DNA of 64,000 nucleotides from Camelus dromedarius. Taxonomy: Eukaryota. The translations under genes were made by a program, and so were the position numbers. The notes under the pieces were generated by a model that did no database searches, was not told the DNA's origin, and saw only the letters and a list, made by a program, of their open reading frames with translations. Location: the NCBI RefSeq assembly GCF_036321535.1, contig NC_087437.1, positions 33,420,001 through 33,484,000 on the forward strand, given 5' to 3'. Of the stretch, positions 1 through 13,399 are shown piece after piece. The number at the start of each line of letters is the position of its first letter. Positions within the stretch are counted from its first letter, which is position 1.

Positions 1-1459
1 AACTGAGACCCTGGACCTTCTGACTCCTGGTCCAGTGCTTGTCCCCTGCACCAGGTGGCACTTGGACCCATTTCCTTTGGAGTGAGAATCAGCTGTGCTT
101 GCTGTGGAAGACCCCCGTGCTCTGTACATTTTGAGAATCAGTGACTCTCACAGATGTCCCTTCTTGATTCCAAGTTGGTAACTGACTCCTAGCCACTCAC
201 TCCCTTTCCCTTCCCTGGGCTTGTGTGGGCGGTGCTTGTGCACGGTTCTCACTTTCTTCCACTGGCTAGGCTTTCAGGGCTTGAAAGGGTTGCCACTTGC
301 TGTTTTCATGTAAAGAATCCAATGCATTTGTCTTATGGCAAAATATATAGTGATAAGTACACAATTGTATTCGTGTGTAGTATATTGTCTTGTGATTTTA
401 TACCTTTTATCACCAGCTGGAATCAATGCAAAAAGCGAGGGTGTGGGTAATTTAGCCTGAGTGTTGATGGTTTACTAGAGGCAGGGAAATCATGTCAATT
501 TTTTCTTAGGTGAGTGAGTGTTTAGGGTTGAGATGTCCGTCTAGCATGGCACTGACTGTTACCTTCTTGTAAAATCACCTCCTTATCCTTTGTCATTTGG
601 ATCTAGAGAAATAATATCCATAAGGTCAGGAAAATGGGGTTAATACCACCACCCCAGCTTCCTGTTCCACACCCACGGTGCCAGCCGGCGTCTTGGCTGA
701 GGCTTCCTGCAGACCCGTGGTGGTCTGCCCCTCTGCTGTCTGTGCAGAGCACCATCTGGGGTTGCTGGCCCCGTGGCAGCACCACATCTCTGGGGATGGG
801 TAGGCATCAGAAGCTTCCCAGCCTCCGGCCCTTCTGCCTGAGGTGGCCTGCCAGCTCCTCACAGGTGTCCCGCTGATGCATCAGTGTCACAGGATCTAGG
901 GACCCTATATGGGCCCAAAAAGGACACGAGTGCACCCCTGCCTGCACTGGAGGCTCTGCAGGTTCATGGAGGAAGTAGGGTGCCTTTGGAGTTCACTCTC
1001 TTTAGCCCCTGACTGGCTTGATGTGTGGGGATTATCAGAGATTTTCCAAGCAGCAAGCAAGAATTTACAAGACAAAACTCATAGATAGAATAATCTTGCT
1101 GAACTCACAGCTGTGATACTGGGACCTCATTCTATTTTAAATTCCTTTGCCACTGCGCATGGGTAGTGTGGAATTGCAGTATCCCAAGTGGTCTCTCCCT
1201 GGATTAGGTGTATGGTGGACATCTGCTGACCAGCACTTGCAGAAGTTGAATTCTTACCTGACACTGTTTGCAGGGAGTCTTGTAGCCAGAGCCTTTAAAT
1301 CAAAGGGACTCATCAGGGAGAACAAAAGGTAATCTCCTGCCCTTGAGAGACAGGCCCTAATGTTGTTCCATTAACTGTCTTCCTTAAATATCTGAATGAT
1401 TTAAGTAACTGGAGTGCATTTGCCTCCCTGAGTCTGTCCTGGTTAGGCAGGATGAGCAT

Positions 1460-1508
1460 TACACACGCACACACATCCACACACATGCACACGTGCACAC
1501 ACATACAC
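1460..1508. repeat. Imperfect (CA)n microsatellite
   Basis: acacacgcacacacatccacacacatgcacacgtgcacacacatacac. Confidence 0.85.
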
Positions 1509-2008
1509 TCGGCAGTCTGGTTCCTCCAAGGGTACAGTACATGGCGCTATTTATCATTCATTGAAATATATGAGATCTCTGTTATGAAATGTTCTGTCTC
1601 CAAAAACAGATATTGCTTCTCTTTTAGAAAAATATCCTTGGCTGGATCCCTGGAACTTTAATTAAAATCCTGGTTGCTCTTTAAAAAAAACATTATTGCA
1701 TTTCAGACAGCTTGGATGTAAAACAGTGAGGCCAGGAACCAGAACATTTTGCTGGTGGGATGGAAGGGACTGTGAGGACATATCAGAGGGCTGCCTGGGC
1801 TAGCTGGTCTGATGGGTCTCAGAGGACAGCTCCTTGAGAGAAGCCACCTACTTGAGGACCAGGCCATCAGCCCCGAGTCCCCCATTTGAAGGTAATTATT
1901 GGAAGCGGTCACAAATTTTCTTCCATTCCTGCCCTTGACATTCTCTGGGCTGTTATAAACAAAACTAAAAGGGTTACCATTAGCTAATTAGTTAATTCAT
2001 TCTTATAT

Positions 2009-2349
2009 TGTTATGGACTGAATGTTTTGTGTCTCTTCAAAATTCATACATTGAAGTCCCAACCCTCAATGTGATGGTATTTGGAGGCAGGACCCTTGAG
2101 AGTGATTAAGTTTAGATGAGGTCATGAGGATGGACCCCTGTGATGGCATTAGTATCCTTGTAAGAAGAGGAAGAGACAGCAGGATACAGTGGGAAGGTGG
2201 CCATCTGCAAGCCTGGAAGAGAGCTCTCACCAGCAACCGAACCTGCAGGCCCCTTGATACCAGACTTCCCAGCCTCTAGAAGTGTGAGAAATAGCTGTTG
2301 TCTAAGCCACCCAGGTGTTCTGTGATGGCAGCCTGAGCAGACTAAGACA
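2009..2349 (+). mobile_element. MaLR solo LTR (MLT1A-like)
   Basis: Starts TGttatggactgaatg, ends gactaagaCA; typical MLT1 internal motifs; 5-bp TSD tatat/tgtat (1 mismatch). Confidence 0.9.
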
Positions 2350-2419
2350 TGTATTTTAGTTAGCACGTTCTTAATTTAAATATTTAACATATATTTTAGT
2401 GAGCACTTACTTTCCATCT

Positions 2420-2548
2420 CCCTCACTAGATTGTGAGCCACATGAGGGCAGGAGCCAGCTCTGTCTTATCCACTGCCGGTTACCTGGCACCTAGCTGGGA
2501 ATGCAGGAGTGGTAGTTGGTCAAAAAACCACGTGGAATGGATGGATGC
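2420..2548 (+). mobile_element. L2 3' end fragment
   Basis: cactagattgtgagcc..gagggcagg..cctggcacctagc..ggaatggatggatg resembles the L2 3' terminus. Confidence 0.7.
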
Positions 2549-3954
2549 GGAGGCCCATGACTCAGATATAGTCCCTGTCCTGTCCTCACAGGGTAGTGGG
2601 ACATTGAAGGCAAATGGACACTTTCGATTATTATAACCTGAGTTACTATTTCTTGAGTAGCGTATGATGCCCCAGGCACTTTCCATATTTCAGCTCTCAA
2701 AATAACTTGATAAGGTAGGTCTTTTTTCTTTTACAAAAGAGGAAGCAGTAGGAGGGAATGGAAATGGCTCCCCCAAGACCCACTTAGAGGGAATCCCATC
2801 TTCAAACTCAGGCCCGTTTCTCCAGCACCTCTGCAGGGCTCCCACCTGTGAACATTTGTGCTCTCCCTTCTCTTCGTGCCTCAAGGTCAAGCTTTTCTGA
2901 TTTTCTTAACTGAAAACTAGAGGAGATAGAAAACATTGATTTTTTTGGTAGAATTGGTACATAAAGAGGTTTGTATTTTAGTTGGTCACATGAGCTTTGT
3001 CTTCAGAATACCTGCCACAATTGGTTTCTTCCTGAGTGAACGAAGGTGGCGCTGAGCTGAGGGCAGTAAGTGGGGAAGAGGCTGAGTGAGCCCCCACTTC
3101 CCCCGAGCTGTTCTGACTGCCACCGTGGGTGAGCTGGTGGGACATGGAATGAGCCTGTGCTGAAAGTCAAGGAGGGTGGAGAGGCAGGTGGACTGGCCAT
3201 CTGAGGATGGTGTGACCACATTCTCCTCTCACACCTCTGAGGAGTGGCCCGGGAGACTCTTCCACCACCAGCTCCCTGAGGAGATGTTCCAGAAAGCCTG
3301 AAGCCCATCTTCTCAGGCCCTCAAGCTCCTTAGAAGGGGATCAGCTGTGGAGGGAGGGGGCTGGGCTGTGGCAGCCTGTCTTCTGGCTGTGGGACCACTC
3401 TGCTGGAAGGTTCCAGGATTTGAACTCACCAGGGGGTTCTCTGGCACTGGAGCTGAGGTGGTTTCCATGCTCTGAGTTCCTCAGTGGTCTCCTGTGGAGA
3501 AGTGGAGAAAAAAGAGACCTACCATGCTGAGTCCTTGGCTCCTCAGCTGAACCTTCCCCCTCATGAAATTTGATTTGCTGAGGAAGTACCTTTAAGCAAT
3601 GAGGTAGTAGAATCTTTTGCATTCTGCTTTGGCTCCCATATCCATTCAGAACCTGCAGACCAGGCTCTGGGGCACACTGATGATGTAGGGGCCCTCCATG
3701 CTGGATGGGTAAGCAGAGACACAGAGTGCAGGTTAACTTGAATCTCCATGCAGCGGTGGTTGAGACACCCTCCTCTCAATTACTAGAAGGCTTACAATCA
3801 CCTTGAATTGCTGTTACTCCTGTGGAGTGGAGGAGGGGACTTAATCAGAATCACCTGGGGAGATTTTCGCCAAACACATTTGCAAACTCTGCTTACCTCC
3901 CCCACCAAAAGGGAATCCAAAAGGAAGAGATAGCAGCAGGCATGGGTATTTGTA

Positions 3955-4215
3955 CTTTTTTTAAAATTGAAGTATAGTCAGTTTACAATGTTCTGTCAAT
4001 TTCTGGTGTACAGCATAGTGTTTCAGTCATACATGTACATACATATGTTTCTTTTCATATTTTTTCATTATAGGTTAGTATAAGATATTGACTATAGTTC
4101 GCTGTGCTATACAGAAAAAACTTGTTTTGTTTATCTATTTTATATATAGTAGCTAGTGTCTGCAAATCTGGAACTCCCAATTTATCCCTTCCCATCCCCT
4201 CTGCCCTCTGGGAAC
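3955..4215 (-). mobile_element. Young L1 3' UTR fragment (camelid-like)
   Basis: T-run then aattgaagtatagtcagtttacaatg..tttctggtgtacagc; homologous to the copies at 20878, 37697 and 57655. Confidence 0.9.
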
Positions 4216-5917
4216 GATACTTCTGATGTGCCCATCTCTTCCTGAGACCGGTGGTCCTCCCTGACAATGGGAAGCTCCTGGAGGGAAGGCCTTGTCTTAA
4301 GTGTCTACAGGTTAGGAGGTGGAGTGTCTGATTCACTGGGTATTTGTTGAATAGACGGATGAAGCAGATGGTAGTGGAGAGATAAGAACGAATCTTCTGG
4401 ACAGAAAGGCCTGGGCCTTGGAATGTCAGGAGGCCGGAGGCTTCACAGTCAATACGTGTTTATTGAGTATGTTTAAAGGTGAGCCTGGCCATCTTCAGCC
4501 ATCTTGCCATCGACCCTCTATCAATAAATATAAATACTGTTTTGCCCTTGACCTCAAGAGTTAAAATAATAAATAGCTTAATTGGTCATCATTAATTCCA
4601 CTTTGAATTTATTATGGGTAAACGTGGCCTTGAGAAGAATCGCTCCCACGCTCAGCCCATGCATTTTATGCCGAGCCTCCCAAAGGTGCGCGGGTAGTAA
4701 AACAAATAGAATCGGCCTCCCACCTCCACCCTCCCATCGATAGCGCATTTGCTTTTGAGTCCAGGCAAATGGCCATTTGCAAGGTTGGATGAGTAGTTAA
4801 GCCACGCAGGCACAATGTAATATGACAGTATTCTTCATGGTAATATTGTTCTTCTCCTCATTACATTTGAATATAGATTGCCAGGGCTCAATGCGTCCAA
4901 ACTTGCTCTCTATTTGTGAGCTGAGGAGTTCATCAGACAAGGTGAAGCCCACATGTGCTTCCTGGAAATTATTAGCTCATTTGTAAGCCTAAACAAAATC
5001 ACAGCTATTGTCTCTAAGAACTTAATTTGCCAAGGCTCTTTTCTTCCTATCCTTAATTATGTATATATTTATAGACTTGAGCCACCTGCCTGCTCAGTGC
5101 TCGTGGATAACCGTATCTCTTATGTGCCACTTAATGGCTCAGGGCGCTTCCTTTATACTCTGCTTCAAACTCTACATTTAAATATCTGTACTCAGCTCAG
5201 CTTCTGAGGGTTAAAACATTTTTTTCTCCACTTCCTTAGAAAGCTGCGAACAAGCCTTTTAGCATTTTATCTGGACCAAACAGTAGTGGTTTTACACAAG
5301 AAACGAGAACTCTATAAGTAAATCTATGTATTTATATGACTAAAGTGCATTATAAAAAGAAGCAATAAATCCAGTCTTCTACATAAAAGGAATTAGATTT
5401 TCCAGTTTACCCCTGCACTGGGATTAATAAAATGTGCAACAAATAGCTGATGGAATGATCCATTTGAAGTTTGTAAAGGCATCTTGGGAAGCTGGCAGGA
5501 GTAGCCTTTTTATTTTTATTTTTTCAGAAAAAAAGGATGCCTGTTAATTTTTTTATTCAGTCTTGTTCCTGAATGACTGTTTTAAAATGAGCTAAGAGAC
5601 TGTTACCTGCCCATTTCTGCATGACTGAGCAAATTCACCCGCAAATCCAAGTTTCTCTTCATTTCCATCACTATACATCTCCAAATTACAGAGAATTCAT
5701 TCCTGAGCTGGAGAGGTGCCAGAAGTTTCTCATCTAGCTGTCTGTGGTCTGCCTTTTTCTTTCCCCTCTTTGAGGCTTTCTGATGCCTAGAGTGAGCTCA
5801 ACTGAAAGGTTTCCAGCCTCACACTCGCCTTGCATTCCCCCACAGTCACACCGAGCTCTGGGATTCTGAGGAAGACCGTGTGCCAGCATCCTATTCACAA
5901 TCTCCTTTTACCTGCAG

Positions 5918-5945
5918 GTGTTCCAGAAACTTCAAAATGCGTCTG
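5918..5945 (+). other. Candidate 28-nt micro-exon or end of an alternative first exon (ATG at 5937)
   Basis: Acceptor tctccttttacctgcag|, donor CTG|gtaatg; repeat-free context; nearby TGCATG motifs. Confidence 0.3.
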
Positions 5946-8900
5946 GTAATGTATTTGCTCCTCTAAACATGCCACTTTGGCATGCATTATTTGCAGCTGC
6001 TTATTATTTTTTTTAAAAAATATGTCTTCTGAGTAACATGCATGCTAAATTGTCAAAGGGGGCTTGTAGGACAGTGTAAGCTTAATTACTGGTCTAGGTG
6101 TGCGTTTGTGTGTCCTTGTTAACATAGGCTTGTTTGCATAAATATGTATTATTTATGTATACATTTGTCTGCACAGGAAGATTTCACTACAGGAATCTCA
6201 TTGAAAGCACTACTTTTTATGTACATCCAGGTTTTCTAATCAGATCTGTAAACATCTCACACAGCAGCAAGTAGAAGAAAAATACATTTTTTATTCATGC
6301 AAACGGCGTGTTTTAGGCACCTCTTTGAAAAACCTTCCTTTCATTCTTAAAAAAGGTGTGTGTGTGTGTAGGGAGTGTTGATTTTTGAAAATTTGGAGAG
6401 GAGTTATCTTGCGGCTGCATGAGAATTTCTACCCCATGTTACCTGCCTTCTTGAAACTCAGTAATCACTGAGGGAAAGAGCTGTGGTTCTGCTTCAGAGT
6501 AACCCCACGGGGACGTTGAGCCGCAGTGTTCAGCAGGCATTTTAGATATTCTAAATACAAGTGCTTGAATAATAAGTAGATGGGGTAGATTTGCTATCGC
6601 CGAGTCCTGCTATGTTTCCTGGTTTGTAGAAATCATGTTCACACCGTACATTTAGGGTGTGCATGCGTTTATCAGACTCTAGTAAAGCAGCATGAGAGTG
6701 TGGGCTCATAAATCACATTATTTATTTGCCAGTGTTGGGTGCTAGATTCTAAAATTAAGAAATTATTTAGCAATTAATAATACATTCAGCATCCCTTGTC
6801 TCATTGGGTGAGATTTACATCCTGGGGACTTGCTCTCCTAGTTATAGAGACAAATGATTTAAGGTTCAGACTTAATTGCTATTTCAAATCCTTAAGCTAG
6901 AAAGATGCCTACAGTACTTTATTTAAAAGACTTATTTTGAAAAATGTGTATATATATTTCTAACTGTGGCAGTTAGCTAATTATAACTCTAATGTGCTGT
7001 ATATTTAAGATAAACAACTTCTCTTGAGTATTGCTCACTTGTGTAGTAAGAATTTGCTTTCTAGTCTTCATTTTATAATAATTTTACTTTGCATTCTTTC
7101 CTTGCTTTTTGAGAGATCAATTATTACTAACTGTTGTGAAGATAAGAAAATAATGAAGCAACTCAGAGTTCACAAAGAAAATTACATTGAATTAGCAGTT
7201 TCCTGAGAAATTAATGAAACAGATTTTTCTCAAGTGGGTTTTCTGAATGTGCAGTAGGTCTTGATATTTGAAAATGGAAACAGCTTAAATGTAAACTTAA
7301 GTAGAACAGGTTAGGATAGTGTTAATGCCTCACTATTTAAAATGAGGTAGTAAGTAGGTTAATTATTTTATATTGCTATTAATTACTTTTGCTTCAAGAT
7401 ATTGATTATAAAACAAATTAATTTTGATTTTCTTTGAATTTAGATGATTATAAACTTTGATAAAATAGTTTACTGAATTATAAACAATAAAAATGTGTAT
7501 TCTTGAAAATCAGTGTGAAACTGTTTTTACTTCTTAGTGTTTGAGATCTAACAGTTTATCACTTACAGAGCTATATACTTATAGAGGATTAGGTGTATTT
7601 CCAAAAAAATTACATTAACTTTTATGCTGATTTTTATCAGCCACGTTTAATTGATAATTACTCAAAGCAGTACAGTGAAAATGCATTTCAGTATGTATGA
7701 ATGGTTCCCTGAAAGGGCATATTATATTGGGAGCCATTAAAAACCTGTGCTGGCTATTAATATTATACTCATGCATTGCTCTGTGTGTAACTGATTTTAT
7801 TTTAGGTACTATTCATTTCCAATTTTTAAATACACCTAATATTGTGACCTGTTTGAGTAGGACTCTTGCCTTTGTGAATAACTTGATGCAGGTTTCAAAT
7901 TGAATATATATAGGATGACTGAAGATTTAGTAGTACTTTTTTGGTATATTACAGTATGCATTTATGCACACATACAAATATTAAGCTATGTAAAAACATC
8001 CACTGCATTCAACCACACTACAAAACAGTTTCATCTTACTTTTGAAGTTGGTTATTTTGTTTGAAGTCAGTTTCATAGGTGTAAAAAAAAGGTTTTATTT
8101 TTCTGAGTTTCTATGGCACTGCGTGGTAACAGGAAAATGCTCAGTGCCATTTTGTAGGGAATATTGTATGTACCAAACAGTGAGAGGAAAGCATGCTGCG
8201 TTCGCCATCTGTCTCTAATTATGATTTCTTACTGGCTTTTAGATGTATTATAGATCAGGCCTTTATTTTATAGAATAGATTTATATTACCTGCAATACCT
8301 AAAATGATTGTAAAACACTGGCTCCATACAATAGTTACTCCATTGTATGACTCAGGTTGTCTTAAGAAACATTTCATTTTTTAAGGCTCACATATAGGAA
8401 GAGGCTATAAAAATATAATTTATGGACTGACCATGCGTCCACAGCTGAAACATTCATCCTCTAAGTAAGCATTTACTGGGCATCACTTTGCCAAGCCACC
8501 TCCTAGCCTCGAGTAAATGGGTGAGTCGGGGAGGGGAGGTCTGTCTAAAGAAAGAGGAGATGCTGTTCCTGCTATTTTGTTATTAACGATTATTTATGAA
8601 AGCACAGATACCTTCAACATGGTTTGAGAATTACCTTTTGGGGAGGAAACTACCTTGTTTCAAAATGCTTTCATTCTGAGATTTTCCAGTAGAGATCACA
8701 GTTGGGGTGGGTAGGGCAGGCCATCAAGGAGAAGGTGAGTTCTCAACCAAGTTTTGAAGGAGGTTATTAGCAGCAACTGATAAAATGGAGAGAAATAGGC
8801 ATTTTGGGTGGATGGAAAAGAAATATGGGAAGAAACAAATCATGGTAGGAGACAGAAAGGAGATGATATTATATGAGGAGAAAAGGAACCATGTTAGGAG

Positions 8901-9079
8901 AAATGGCAAAAGAAATAAAAAAAAAATTACAGGGTTGGGTTTGAAACAGTTTTAATTAACCTTCATTAGCCTTATTATATCCTTACTGGAAAATTCTCTG
9001 AGTAAGTGAACATTTCTATTTCATTGTATCCATCAACCTCTGTAAAACAGCATTTCAAAGTTTATGCAATAATGTTAAT

Positions 9080-9295
9080 TAATGTTTCTTGAGCATTTAC
9101 TGTGGGCCAGGCACTATGCTAAATACTTCAAATGCATTATCTCATGTATTCCTCATTTATTCATTAAAATCTTCTTTCTGTTTGTGAAGAAATGGAAGGA
9201 GTGAGAAGTTTCATAACTTGTTGAAGGTTAGGGTCGGAAGTGGATGAGCTGGGATTTGAACCCAGACTCTGAAACCCAGCCTTCTAACCACTGCA
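9080..9295 (-). mobile_element. MIR SINE
   Basis: gagcatttactgtgggccaggcact..ctgggatttgaacccagactct. Confidence 0.85.
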
Positions 9296-9369
9296 TGATG
9301 GGGCCACTTCAGCTTATCACTTCATCTCTAGCTCCAGGTCCAGACTGGTGTGACCAGTTGCTGACTAGA

Positions 9370-9780
9370 TGTGTCATTTAGGTCCCCTGGGAACAGATGC
9401 TGAGGCAGAATTACTGAGTAGGTGTTTTACTGGAGGATGAAGACAAAAGGGGTAAGAAGCAGAGTTGTGCAGGGAAAGGCTTCAGAACGCAGTGCAGATC
9501 AGACACAGCGTCACCCATCTCAGTGGTGATCTCCAGAGGGAAGATTGCCTATGAGGGGAGCCCCACATTGGACAGAAATGGCCAGGCCGAGTACCCCTAA
9601 CCTGCTTGGTCACTGACTGGTGGTTCCCAGGAAAGGGCAAGAACTATCTTTTGACTCAAAAGTTGGGGCAGATCCTGAATGTTCTGTAACTGGAGAAGAA
9701 CTTCTTGCAGCTGGACAGCAAGTTCTTTCTAAGAGGTGTACCTCCTTGGCTGCCAAGGTGATATCTCTTCAAAATATACC
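9370..9780 (-). mobile_element. ERVL-class solo LTR (LTR16-like)
   Basis: tgtcatttaggtcccctgggaacagatgctgaggcagaa.. resembles an LTR16 terminus. Confidence 0.6.
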
Positions 9781-9869
9781 ATGGAAACTCAGGGTAGGCA
9801 AGCTGGGTACCCAGGGTAAAGAATTTAAGGAAGTACTCACTCTCATGGTCATGCAAGGGCGAGATGGGC

Positions 9870-10220
9870 ACCTGACAGGGAGTACCTCCTTAATTCTGCA
9901 CCCTGTGTGCTTTGCCTATCTCACTCTAGTCCCCAGAACCTCAAACTCAGGGCATTTAGAATTTTGCTCATTATCTTCCCCTCCAGAACATGCCCTTCCT
10001 TCAGTCTTCTCTCCTGGGGAGATTTAGTAACTACTTAATGGGTCCTTCCATCTCTAGTGTCTTCTACCATCCAATTCAGTCTCTCCACTGCCATAGCATC
10101 ATCTGAGTTAAAAGCTACTCTAATTTATAATTCCAGTGTTGAATACTCTTCATTGGTTCCCTATAGCCTAGAGAATAAATTCCAAGCTTTTTTCTCTGGC
10201 ATAGAAAGACCTTGTAGGAT
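9870..10220 (+). mobile_element. L2 fragment
   Basis: acctcaaactcag..cattggttccctatagcctagagaataaattccaagc is L2-like. Confidence 0.55.
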
Positions 10221-10299
10221 CCGATTGTGTGGACAGTCTGGACCCAGGGCTGGTGGAATTTCAATACTACAGCTGAGGATTAGTGGAAGTGTTTATATA

Positions 10300-10850
10300 T
10301 ATAGATATACAGAAAGGTTGTATTTAACTTTGGGGTTGAAGGGTGGATAGGAATTTGTGGAATTGAGAAGCTATTTCACATGGGAGAAGCAGAATGAAGT
10401 GATTTGAGGGTGATTAAGGGAATAGGCAATTTGACTGGAATCTTGAAAATATATAAGAGGCTAATGGGAAATATGCCTGGAAAAGTAAATCATAATTCAT
10501 CAAAGAACTGTAGCTGTGGAGTTGATGGTTTCCCCTGAAGGTTTTTTGGAACAGAGAAGTGACATGATCAAAATGATCTTGTGTGCAGGTGACTGTGGTC
10601 ATGGTGTAGGGGCTGCATTGGATGGACAGAGGTCAGGAGGCAGGCAGATCAATTAGAAGGGTATTTTGCTATTCCAGGCAAGAGGAAGTGAAATCTTGAA
10701 CTAGGTGTGTAAAGAGTGAAAAAGATAGGGGAAAATATAAAGTAAGGGTGTACCAGGTTTCAAGATTGATTAAAGAAAGGGGTTGAGGGGAAAAGAGTAA
10801 TCAAAGGGGACTTAAGAGTTTGAACTGGGTTCCAGGAGGCTGGTGTCTGG
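10300..10850 (-). mobile_element. L2 fragment
   Basis: Purine-rich gaaggtttttt..agaagtgacatgatca..ggaggcaggcagatcaattagaagg typical of antisense L2. Confidence 0.7.
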
Positions 10851-12029
10851 GAACCAGAAGTGGATAGGAGGAGGCTTTTGTTAAGGGAGGGCGACAAAGG
10901 TGTAAAAATCACCTGCAGGTGGACCATCTCATTTGCTTCCCCAAACGAATGACATACAAATCTTTCATTTTTATCTCATCTCAGACACGGCTTTTTCAAC
11001 TCCTCAAGTTTTGCCTAAATTTTAATTCACTTTCATAGTCCCTTGAACAAAAGATTAAGGCATAGAAGACAAAATCTATGTTTATAGGCACCAACTCTTC
11101 CAGCAGAATTTAGAGTCCTTTCTCTAAATTCAACTGCAAAAATACCTTCTTTGGATCCACGCAATTTCTAGCAGCCAGGTTGAGTGAATTATTATTACTA
11201 TCAGACTTCATTTTTTAAGATGTCTTGGGTTCATATACACCTGATCCCAGCCAGCGGGACCAGCCCATCTCATTGAAGGTCTTTGTTTATAGGGCAGATA
11301 GAAGTGCCAACGTTGTTATCAGGAGACACAGACATGCACTCATGGAGAAAAATCTGAAGCCGCTACCTCCCACTGCCTACCTAACAAAGGGGCAGAAGTA
11401 AATAATTTAACATAAACAGAAAAAAAGACAAAATTTCTTTGCAAGTAAAGATTCACATTAATATAGGATTGTGATGTATAATTGAAAACCCAATTTTCAG
11501 TGAAAGGGAAATAATGGCAAAGACTTAATGCTAAATAAGCTTTAGGTACAGAAATGATAGAAAAGTTTTTTAGGGATTTGCAGTGTAATATGAGAAGCTC
11601 AAAGCGAATATTTAATTGCCTTTAAAACTGAACAACATAATGGTAAAATTTGCATATTCTTCCAGGCTTACTTGTTTTATTGTATAGTGCAGGAAAACCC
11701 TTGCTGTAATATTACATTAGCATCCACAGTGTACAAAAAAGTAAACTTTTATGAATTGATCAAATTAACCTCTAAAGGCTACTAAGTGGCTGTACACAGA
11801 CTGGTACCTAACAAGCTGAGATAGTCAAAAGATAAGTTCTGGTAACATGAGGCTTGTCTCTCCTTCTCTGTTCTTCTTCTTTGTTCCAGATGTAGATATA
11901 GGACAGTGTTTTCCTGACTGCATGAAACAAAGAAGCAATAAGACACTGTAGCATGAAAGGTGGGGGGGGGGTGTCTGTCTATGAGGCCTTGGGTGATTCT
12001 GTACTACACTTTCAATGTCTAGGACACCG

Positions 12030-12215
12030 ATCTGTACTGGACAGTGTTTAATCTTCGTGACAGTCTAACGAGGTAAGTACTGTTGATTATTACTCATTTT
12101 ACAGATGAGGAAACTATGGCTAGAGAGGTCCAGTAAGTTGTCCAAAGTCCCAGAGCAGCTAAGTAGCAAAGCAGATCTGATCCCAGGGCTGGAACTCTCA
12201 TACACTGTGCTGGGC
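12030..12215 (-). mobile_element. MIR SINE
   Basis: MIR core cattttacagatgaggaaact. Confidence 0.85.
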
Positions 12216-12754
12216 GTGGTGACTGTGAGTGGAGCACTGACTGGTGGGGCCTCCTACCCGGAAGCCTCTTCTCTAAGCTCTCCTCCATCTTGCTACTCTT
12301 CTTATCTCCCTTGAGTCCTTCTGTATACAGTAAGGAAATACAGTTGTCAACTCAGGAACTAGTGCCAAACTTTTTTTTTTTCTTTTGATGGACTGGTAGT
12401 GAGTTGCTCACTGAGATAAAAATAAATTGCTACCGTATTCTAGTGATGTATGTCCCTGCAGTGTGGGCATCCATCTGCTCATCCTCACCCAACTATGTCA
12501 CTTTTCTTAAACAGGTTTTGTTTATATTTGGAATTGGGAGACCTAATTCTGCCCTCAGTTTTGGCCCACACTGGATAATTTGAACTCACACTTTATGAGA
12601 GAGAGCACATTGCGTATGATTAAAAGGACACGAACATTCTAGCCACACAGAACTCTAGTGAAGGAAGAACTAGCTGTGATGCAGCCCCCAGTAAGCTCTG
12701 TTCATTGACGGAGATGACTCCCACTTAGCCTCCTTATACATCTCTTCCTGAAGA

Positions 12755-12860
12755 CCTGGTGTGGTAGAAGAAGTACAAGCTTCAGAATCAGACGTGCCTG
12801 GGTACAAATCCTCCCTCTGTCACTCGGGCAAGCCGCTTTAATATCTTTGAGGACTAGGGA
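12755..12860 (+). mobile_element. MIR fragment
   Basis: agaatcagacgtgcctgggtacaaatcct..gggcaag. Confidence 0.65.
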
Positions 12861-12959
12861 TAATCCTTTATATTCCTGTGAGGATAAAGTGGTGCAGTTA
12901 TTGTTTCTGGCAAAGAAAAGGTGTTTAGTAAAACATGTTCAGCCATCAATAAAAGTAGG

Positions 12960-13190
12960 TACATAAGTGGTTAAAAGCACCTGACTCAACTCAAACTTCT
13001 AGGTGCAAATTTGAGCTCTGTCGCTTATCAGCTCAATGACATTGGGAAATGTACTTAACTTCTCTGTGCCTTAGTTTTCTTGTCTGTAAAATGGGAATGA
13101 TAAAAGTGCCTTCCTCATAGAATTGGTAGCAAAATGCATGACTTAGTGTAAGTAAAACACTTAGAGCAGTGTCTGGCACACAGTAAGCCC
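12960..13190 (+). mobile_element. MIR SINE
   Basis: gtggttaaaagca..acttaacttctctgtgccttagttttcttgtctgtaaaatggg..tggcacacagtaag. Confidence 0.9.
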
Positions 13191-13399
13191 TCCAAGAGCA
13201 TTAAGCCCTCCCTTAAGCGTTTCAGTGCACTTCAACCTTGTTTCTTCTCAGAGAAACAAGCCTGGCAATTCACAGTACACTTAGAGGCAGGCATTTGCAG
13301 TTTCTTGGTATCTAAGACCTAAAGATATTTATTTTAATCCAGTGTCCACTGAATCATTGATACCATGCTCCTCAGTCTAATGATTTCTTGTGGAGTCTG

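Noticed and set aside
6669..6678. ttatcagact, a partial miR-21 match
   Set aside because: Only about 10 nt match; the seed is incomplete and there is no precursor hairpin.
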